Shown: positions 1 to 6,490 of the stretch, one piece after another
Position numbering within the stretch: position 1 is the first letter of the stretch
How the letters are laid out: the number at the start of each line of letters is the position of its first letter
Source: Octopus sinensis
Taxonomy: Eukaryota
Assembly (NCBI RefSeq): GCF_006345805.1
Contig: NW_021829257.1
Coordinates: 1 to 6,490 of the forward strand
Direction: 5' to 3'
DNA length: 6,490 nt
Made by a program: the position numbers and the translations under genes
Notes under the pieces: generated by a model
Told to the model about the DNA's origin: nothing
What the model saw: only the letters and a program-made list of their open reading frames with translations
Databases searched by the model: none

Positions 1-285
1 ATCATCGTCATCATCATCCACCACACCACCACCATCATATCATCAATCATCATCATCACCATCACCATCGTCACATCATCGCATCATCATCGTCGTCGTC
101 GTCGTCGTCATACCATCATCATCACTATATGATGATGATGATGATCATCATCATCATCATCATCATCATCATCGTCATCACCATCATCATCACCATCATC
201 ATCATCGTCATCACCATCATCATCACCATCATCATCATCGTCATCACCACCACCACCACCATCATCGTCATCATCACCACCACCA

Positions 286-327
<42 letters not shown>

Positions 328-343
328 TCATCGACGTCATCAT
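1..343. repeat. Imperfect (CAT/ATC)n trinucleotide microsatellite with CAC and CGT variants
   Basis: Direct reading: near-continuous atc/cat triplets with acc and gtc interruptions. It explains the poly-I/S and poly-D/M ORFs at 125-422. Confidence 0.97.
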
Positions 344-648
344 CTTCACCATTGCACCCATAGAGTCAGCTACCAATTTTCACACGCCAACAACTAGTCT
401 ACAGATATCGCAAAACAGATAATATAAGCATCAACACGTACATCTTCAGCATCACATAATCGTATATTCCATAAAATCAACACTGTATGTTGAGGGGATC
501 TCTATCGGTGTGCGCACAAATGGATATACGTACGAATGTATATATACGTTCGCGCACGCGCGCACATGCACGTGCATACATCCCATTATGCACTAAAAAT
601 GTATACTACCTGCCCATAATTCTTCTAAGACATACACACACGAACACA

Positions 649-1050
649 GAGGCACACACGCATTCAAAGAAGCAAAGAAACGAATACTAAAGTGTGTACA
701 GACTACATATGTATACATACATATATATACTACATATATATATATATATACACATCACAGATGAAAAATGTTGCATATTCATACGACAAATAAGTTTCAC
801 ATACACATACATACGCAAACGCCGAAGCGTAAAGGGTAGGCATGAATGTAGATAGATAGATAGATAGATAGAGATAGATAGATATATAGATAGATAGATA
901 GATAGATAGATTGATAGATAGACAGACCGACAGACATAGAGAGACTGACAGACAGACAGACAGACAGACATAGAGGGACAGACAGACAGACAGATAGATG
1001 AACGGACGGACGGACGGGACGGACGGATGGATGGACGGATGGATGGACGG

Positions 1051-1086
<36 letters not shown>

Positions 1087-1322
1087 ATGGATGGATGGAT
1101 AGGTAGATGGATGGATAGATAAAAAATTACAAAAACGAAGGATAGATAAATATATACATACTTATATACATTTACGCTTCGGCGTTTGCGTATGTATGTG
1201 TATGTAAAACTTATTTGTCGTATGAATAGGCGACATTTTTCATCTGCGATGTGTGTATATATATGTAGTCTGTATGCGCTTTAGTATTCGTTTGTTTATT
1301 TCTTTGTGTACGTATGTGCCTC
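649..1322. repeat. Long inverted repeat (arms about 649-833 and 1171-1322, spacer about 337 bp)
   Basis: 751-833 (cacatcacagatgaaaaatgttgcatattcatacgacaaataag...gccgaagcgtaaa) matches the reverse complement of 1171-1253 with 4 mismatches in 83 bp. Looser homology continues outward (cgaatactaaag, cagactacatat, gaggcaca). The left arm carries an extra AT-rich expansion at about 711-748. Confidence 0.95.
850..1120. repeat. Compound tetranucleotide microsatellite (AGAT)n-(AGAC)n-(GGAC)n-(GGAT)n
   Basis: Direct reading: AGAT about 850-920, AGAC about 921-993, GGAC about 1003-1025, GGAT about 1025-1116. Confidence 0.97.
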
Positions 1323-1326
1323 CATG

Positions 1327-1354
1327 CGTGTGGTGTGTGTGGTGTGGTGGGTGT

Positions 1355-1387
<33 letters not shown>
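1327..1387. repeat. (GT)n/(GTG)n microsatellite
   Basis: Direct reading. Confidence 0.95.
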
Positions 1388-1388
<1 letters not shown>

Positions 1389-1439
1389 TGTTGGAAGATA
1401 GACAGATAGAGAGAGATATGTGTGTTTTGTGTGAATGTG

Positions 1440-1843
1440 TATATATATATATATATATATATATCATACACACGCATACATACATAATACATACATATAT
1501 ATAAACACACATACATGCATGCACACATATATACATATCCATACATACATACATACATACAATACATACACACACATACACGCACACACATACATACATA
1601 TATACACACATACATACATACACACACATACATACATACATAGATACATACACACATACACACACATATGCACAGTCATTCATACATACATACACATATA
1701 CATACACACACATACGCACACACATTCATAAATACATACACACATACACACATACATACACACATACATACATACACGCACATACATACATACATACATA
1801 CATACATACATACATACATACATACATACATACATACATACAT
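1440..1843. repeat. (TA)n followed by a compound (ACAT)n/(AC)n microsatellite
   Basis: (TA)n at about 1440-1463, then acat/ac units, ending in a pure (ACAT)n run at about 1782-1843. Source of the MYVC/HTYI-type ORFs. Confidence 0.96.
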
Positions 1844-2107
1844 AATTATCCCCCAATCCGGCAATATCTCAGCAAGCTTGTTGACAGTTGTCAAATATTA
1901 CTTGACAAGATCGTTAACTTTCGTATGTGTACGTCAGTCTACGCGAATAGAAATACTCACACAAGTACACAGGGTCCCTCTCCCCCCACACCACCACATA
2001 CACGTGTAAAAGAGCATCCCCAAATATATAAATATATGTCATGTATATAAAACTTCATGGCATGTGTCGAGTACCTGTTGCGCCGTTTGTAACTGGAAGC
2101 ATTATAA

Positions 2108-2294
2108 TTGCACATGTGTAGGCGTGCATGTGCGCATATATGTGTGTATGTGTATACATACATATATATATTTGTGCGTATGTATATATATATTTATTTA
2201 AAACATATATATATATAGAGGAGAGAGATAAATGTGTAAGAGGTGTATATCTGTTTATAAATGTGTATGTATAAATATATATATATATATATAT
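2108..2294. repeat. Degenerate (AT)n/(GT)n/(AG)n low-complexity tract
   Basis: Direct reading: alternating tatata, gtgtat and gagaga runs. Confidence 0.85.
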
Positions 2295-2366
2295 GAACTT
2301 GAGTTATGCGGTTCACATCCATTGCTTTTCGATGGGGAAATGAAGCGGATAAAATATATCGTTAAG

Positions 2367-2370
<4 letters not shown>

Positions 2371-2401
<31 letters not shown>

Positions 2402-2509
2402 ACACGCACACAACACACACGCACACGAACAACACATAAAACATAATGCACACATAACTCACACATACACAACATACACTAGCACATACACGCATATTAT
2501 ATTGCATGC

Positions 2510-2540
<31 letters not shown>

Positions 2541-2798
2541 AATACATATATATACATACATACATACAAGTAACACACATACACACACATACATACATAC
2601 ATACATGCATGCCTACATACATACATTACATACCATACATACATGCATACATACATGCATACATGCATACATACATACAAAATACATACATACATACATA
2701 CATACATACATACATACATTACATTGACATACATACACTACATTACATACATACCTACATACATACATACACATACATACATACCTACATAAATACAT
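2371..2798. repeat. Compound (AC)n-(AT)n-(ACAT)n microsatellite
   Basis: (AC)n 2371-2399, (AT)n about 2510-2540, ACAT/GCAT units to about 2798. Confidence 0.95.
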
Positions 2799-2883
2799 GC
2801 AAATGCATTTAGAAACAAGCATTTTATTTCTAAAGTATTTGGTTATTTGAGTTTCTCCTCATTATTACGAATAGGTACAACCT

Positions 2884-2930
2884 ATGTATGTGTGCGTGTG
2901 TGTGTGTTTGAGAGAGAGAGAGAGAGAGAG
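2884..2930. repeat. (GT)n-(GA)n compound dinucleotide microsatellite
   Basis: Direct reading. Confidence 0.95.
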
Positions 2931-3172
2931 AAGGAGAATGGTGGGAGGGAAACCAGAAGGCCACGTGAAAATGAATCTTGTCATACAGATAAAAGATAAT
3001 GTAAACCTGTATCAAATATATCTTCTCCGGACACAAGTATGTGCTGCTATAACGCACAAACTTACTCTTACTACTGTGATGACATAACGGAAATTACAGT
3101 TCATAAACAAAACCAGTGAAATACACAATGGCTTTACTGGTAAAAATAAAAGTAACTAATAAGTAAACAATA

Positions 3173-3589
3173 GGCGCAGGAGTGGCTGTGTGGTAAGTAG
3201 CTTGCTAACCAACCACATAGTTCCGGGTTCAGTCCCACTGCGTGGCATCTTGGGCAAGTGTCTTCTGCTATAGCCCCGGGCCGACCAATGCCTTGTGGGT
3301 GGATTTGGTAGACGGAAACTGAAAGAAGCCTGTCGTATATATGTGTATATATATAAGTGTGTGTGTATATGTTTGTGCGTCTGTGTTTGTCCACCTAGCA
3401 TTGCTTGACAACCGATGCTGGTGTGTTTACGTCCCCGTCACTTAGCGGTTCGGCAAAAGAGACCGATAAAATAAGTACTGGGCTTACAAAGAATAAGTCC
3501 CGGGGTCGATTTGCTCGACTAAAGGTGGTGCTCCAGCATGGCTGCAGTCAAATGACTGAAACAAGTAAAAGAGTAAAGAGTAAAGAGAG
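3173..3589 (+). mobile_element. tRNA-derived SINE (SINE A), CORE-SINE-like, resembling octopus SINE families
   Basis: tRNA-like head with a Pol III A-box-like tggctgtgtgg (3183-3193) and B-box-like ggttcagtccc (3226-3236). CORE-like ttgggcaagtgtctt (3250-3264), internal AT/GT microsatellite (about 3336-3380) and a simple-repeat tail (gtaaaagagtaaagagtaaagag, about 3565-3589). The family assignment is from recall. No convincing target-site duplication seen. Confidence 0.85.
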
Positions 3590-3683
3590 TAATTTAAAAT
3601 AACATTACCAAAATAAGCATTACAATAAATAATGGAACGAAATATTTCGCGGATATACTGCTTATAGTTTTGATAATCATATA

Positions 3684-3714
3684 CAAGATAGAACCCAAAA
3701 GTAACCGGAACTTT
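3684..3714. repeat. Probable 3' terminal inverted repeat of the mariner element
   Basis: TA|caagatagaacccaaaagtaaccggaacttt lies about 30 bp beyond the end of the transposase frame and resembles mariner terminal repeats with a TA target site. I found no partner repeat in the window, so the call rests on position and resemblance. Confidence 0.7.
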
Positions 3715-3739
3715 GCAATGTTATTTTATTCAATCAGTT

Positions 3740-3876
3740 TTACATGATAACACTTTTATCGCCTTCAAAGTATCGCCTTCAAATTATTCTCCATTTGAAG
3801 CAATGTATCGGTCCAGACGCATTTTCCACTGTTCGAAGCAGTGCTGGAACTCTTGCGAAGTGATTCCTTTTAATGC
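3740..3876 (-). pseudogene. Mariner transposase C-terminal fragment
   Basis: 3876-3772 translates ALKGITSQEFQHCFEQWKMRLDRYIASNGE*FEGD, matching the mariner C-terminal pattern ending GEYFEGD, with Y changed to a stop at 3784-3786. After a 14-bp duplication the second copy reads FEGDKSVIM* with the stop at 3740-3742. Confidence 0.9.
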
Positions 3877-3877
3877 C

Positions 3878-4112
3878 TTAAGGCGGCGAGCTGGCAGAAA
3901 CGTTAGCACACCGGGCGAAATGCTTAGCGGTATTGCGTCTGTCGTTGTGTTCCGAGTTCAAATTCCGCCGAGGTCGACTTTGCCTTTCATCCTTTCGGGG
4001 TCGATAAATTAAGTACCAGTTATGCACTGGGGTCGATGTAATCGACTTAATCCGTTTGTCTGTCCTTATTTGTCCCCTCTATGTTTAGCCCCTTGTGGGC
4101 AATAAAGAATCA
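3878..4112 (+). mobile_element. Second tRNA-derived SINE (SINE B) inserted into the mariner, with a perfect 16-bp target-site duplication
   Basis: Head ggcggcgagctggcagaaacg (3882), A-box-like tggcagaaacg (3893-3903), B-box-like gagttcaaattcc (3954-3966), A-rich end aataaagaa. Flanked by identical gattccttttaatgcc at 3862-3877 and 4113-4128. Removing it restores the KTTVALKGI-TSQEF frame. Confidence 0.93.
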
Positions 4113-4183
4113 GATTCCTTTTAATGCCACCGTCGTTTTTCTTTTTTTCTTTTCTTTTTCTCCCCCTATTCCACATCTGCAAA
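4113..4183 (-). pseudogene. Mariner transposase fragment (FADVE...KTTVALKGI)
   Basis: Minus strand reads FADVE* from 4183, then a purine-run expansion that shifts the frame, then KTTVALKGI (4139-4113). This matches the mariner pattern RFADVEEVKKKTTEALKGI. Confidence 0.8.
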
Positions 4184-4185
4184 TT

Positions 4186-4289
4186 CCGTAGCACCCGCTT
4201 CCGCTACCAGTGATGACCTTCGAAAGAAGGTCCGGATCAACTTCTAACTGTTCTTTCAGTTCACGACACGCATTCAGTGGTGACTGCTT
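4186..4289 (-). pseudogene. Mariner transposase fragment up to the first catalytic aspartate region
   Basis: 4289-4188 translates KQSPLNACRELKEQLEVDPDLLSKVITGSGSGCY, corresponding to ...DPDLxSKVITGDESWCY. The first Asp of the DD34D triad is mutated. Confidence 0.9.
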
Positions 4290-4292
4290 TTA

Positions 4293-4497
4293 AGAATTCT
4301 CTGAGAATTAATATAGTAGATGTTAATCACTTGAACGCCTCTAACACAATTGTTTTTACCAATACAGAAACAGTTAAACAGACATACAGCAATGAAAAAT
4401 CTTTACGAAGTAAAACCTTTTCTGTACATAGTATTCCATTCATCATCCTTAAACAACCCTTATTTTGAGCAGGATGGGCTACTCAGTCTGAAGAAAT
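4293..4497. other. About 200-bp insert splitting the transposase; its right third is a copy of the repeat at 5240-5317
   Basis: Lies between the codons for FVPHLL and KQSPL. 4431-4497 (gtattccattcatcatccttaaacaaccct...gagcaggatgggctactcagtctgaagaaat) aligns to 5240-5317 with a deletion of about 10 bp. 4293-4430 is unidentified. Confidence 0.75.
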
Positions 4498-4674
4498 GAG
4501 CAAGTGAGGCACAAATTTTGCAGCAACTCTTTGCATTCGCAATTCCTCGTCCAAAATTAGTTGGTAGGAGACCCAGGACACACCAGTCATAGCAAAGAGC
4601 TCGTCAATTTTTCGGAGACGGTCCTCCAAGATCAGTTCATGAATTTTCATGATGTTCTCATTCTTTCGGGTGGT
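4498..4674 (-). pseudogene. Mariner transposase helix-turn-helix/linker fragment
   Basis: 59 open codons: TTRKNENIMKIHELILEDRLRKIDELFAMTGVSWVSYQLILDEELRMQRVAAKFVPHLL. This includes the second HTH region and the WVPHEL-equivalent linker motif (KFVPHLL). It has no ATG-defined long ORF, so it is absent from the ORF track. Confidence 0.93.
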
Positions 4675-4686
4675 GTGTGTAAATGC

Positions 4687-4806
<120 letters not shown>

Positions 4807-5114
4807 CATATACATGTTTGCCTCCATGTGAATGCAAGAGTACTCAATACTAAGGGTGGAGCAATATATTCATTGAAACACTTCCCATTCCGTAACTGTT
4901 AGTTTCAAAACATACGAGCTTCAGGCAAAATTTAGCATGTTGTTTAAACCAATGTCTCTTATTTTTGAATATACTTGGAAATCTGCATTAATACGTTGAT
5001 TTGGGTTGACTATGGAATAGTAATGCAAATGTAAAAGATGTATAAAATATTAATTAAATGGAAAAGAAATTAGAAGCATAATTATTTAAAAGAATAGTTA
5101 CGAGAATGGTAAAA

Positions 5115-5495
5115 TAACCAGTTGAGCATTCCCTTGGTAGCTGACGATATGTGCATCTCTGGAGTAGTGGGGGCGCATCATAGTCGTGAGTTGAGAGGAA
5201 TTTTGGGCGGATTTGGATAATTCACCTCTGGAAACATGGGTATTTCATTCATCATCCTTAAACAACCTTTATTCAAGGACTTTTTGAGCAGGATGGGCTA
5301 ATCAATCTGAAGAAAATGCTAACTGGGCCCCACCTGCAAGGTTATGCGCTGTTTATCTTGATTATGAAATCGCCATGTCGCGCACATATGGTTGTGATGC
5401 ATATGCCTGGTGTACCTTTATCAGCATGTAGTCATGATGCGCTTCGTATATTTTATTCCAGAGTCACTTTGATGGTATGCACTGCTCTCTCACTC
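5115..5495 (+). mobile_element. Interspersed repeat ending in an (AAT)n tail; probable 5'-truncated non-LTR retrotransposon 3' UTR
   Basis: Complex sequence running directly into aataataat at 5496, and part of it is duplicated at 4431-4497. I recall it as a high-copy Octopus repeat. The family is not verifiable from the window. Confidence 0.6.
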
Positions 5496-5526
<31 letters not shown>

Positions 5527-5584
5527 TTAATAATGATAATAATAATAAAATAATAATAATGATAATAATAATAATAATAATAAT
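5496..5584. repeat. (AAT)n microsatellite
   Basis: Direct reading. Confidence 0.97.
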
Positions 5585-5826
<242 letters not shown>

Positions 5827-6195
5827 CTAAATACACCAAATTTCGAAATGAAAGGAGAAATATCTCATCAGTCCATTCGCTGGGTAACTTGATTAGGATA
5901 GAAATATGAAATGGGTACAGGCACTGACGATATATGCAAATATATGTAGTCATACTCACGCATATACATGCACAAATCTGTACGTATGATGAATAGAGAT
6001 GACAGATAAAAAGTTTTTAAATGCCAATCTGCCGAAAAATATTTCGTTAAATATCTGAGATTATGGAAAAAAAATAGCCGAAAAAGTTTTAAATGACATT
6101 CAATATACGAGCGTCAGGTGACATGCGTCATTCGTTGAACCAAAGAAATGGCGCGAACACTGTGTAACAATTATTTTTTTTATATATCTTTGGTT

Positions 6196-6490
6196 AGTGT
6201 TATTTTCTATTTGTTTCTATCTAGAAATTGAAGGAAGTGACTACTATTCCCTTCATACTTTGCTTTTGTGATCAAACATCAATGTTTTGAAACACCTATT
6301 TTTCATTACATTTCAGACAGATTCGACGCTGAATTGCTGAAGCATAAATATCGTATAGCAAATATTCTGGTCCACACCACAGATTTGCTGGTTATCTTTG
6401 ATCAGTAAGTGTTATTTTCTATTTGCTTCTATCTAGAAATCAAAGGAAATGACTACTATCCCCTTCAAACTTTGCTTTTGTGATCAGACA
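6196..6490. repeat. 83-bp direct repeat with a 212-bp period (6196-6278 and 6408-6490; second copy runs to the window edge)
   Basis: agtgttattttctatttg(t/c)ttctatctagaaat...gactactat(t/c)cccttca(t/a)actttgcttttgtgatca(a/g)aca occurs twice, ungapped, with scattered substitutions. Confidence 0.93.

Larger units (their letters stand above)
3684..4674 (-). mobile_element. Degenerate mariner (Tc1/mariner) DNA transposon; 5' end missing, internally deleted, with nested insertions
   Basis: Four colinear minus-strand transposase fragments, a mariner-like terminal inverted repeat next to a TA dinucleotide (3682-3683), and minus-strand AATAAA (3725-3730) just after the inferred stop codon (3740-3742). 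Confidence 0.93.

Noticed and set aside
125-422. ORFs with poly-Asp/Met/Val or poly-Ile/Thr/Ser
   Set aside because: Translations of the (CAT)n microsatellite; no domain-like sequence.
487-2822. Many 67-161 aa ORFs rich in MYVC, HTYI or YLSI
   Set aside because: Stop-free frames are automatic in AC/AT/ACAT/AGAT repeats; not evidence of coding.
3173-3245. Possible tRNA gene
   Set aside because: It has A/B-box-like motifs but continues into a SINE body and tail, and I could not build a convincing cloverleaf. The same applies to the head of SINE B.
3134-3602. ORFs 3134-3394, 3156-3401 and 3405-3602
   Set aside because: They lie almost entirely within SINE A, which is non-coding.
3638-3649. 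12-bp palindrome cgaaatatttcg
   Set aside because: Isolated and AT-rich; plausible by chance in 6.5 kb, with no supporting context.
3713-4012. 99-aa plus-strand ORF
   Set aside because: Antisense to the mariner C-terminus and runs into SINE B; a chimeric chance frame.
4211-4239. Hairpin gaccttc-gaaa-gaaggtc preceded by gtgatga, suggestive of a hammerhead ribozyme
   Set aside because: The core needs CUGAUGA before stem II and GAAA after it; here it is GUGAUGA and the GAAA is the loop. The hairpin lies within transposase codons (DLLSKV) and is probably incidental.
4277-4468. 63-aa ORF across the insert
   Set aside because: Non-ATG start, spans a transposon/insert junction and a repeat fragment, no recognisable motif.
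5924-5938. ctgacgatatatgca, similar to 5141-5155
   Set aside because: A 14/15 match that does not extend on either side.
6008-6101. Short degenerate repeats (aaaaagtttt(t)aaatg twice; gccgaaaaa twice)
   Set aside because: Short, A/T-rich and not forming a regular array; too weak to call.

Overview
AT-rich eukaryotic non-coding DNA, probably intronic or intergenic, made mostly of microsatellites and transposon relics. The SINE and AAT-tailed repeats resemble families I recall from Octopus genomes; that is recall, not a database result. No intact protein-coding gene is supported, and nearly all listed ORFs are microsatellite or repeat artefacts. Layout: (CAT)n array (1-343); a long inverted repeat (arms about 649-833 and 1171-1322) around a compound tetranucleotide array; AC/AT/ACAT arrays to about 2930; a tRNA-derived SINE (3173-3589, +); and a decayed mariner transposon on the minus strand (3684-4674). 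The mariner has one terminal inverted repeat, has lost most of its catalytic domain, and carries a second SINE with a perfect 16-bp target-site duplication plus a roughly 200-bp insert with no duplication. After it come a (TA)n array, two AAT-flanked probable retrotransposon 3' ends (5115-5495, 5585-5675) and an 83-bp direct repeat at the right edge. I found no evidence of a new multi-gene system. The most interesting features are the foldback, the nested mariner history and a stem-loop module shared by the two SINEs.
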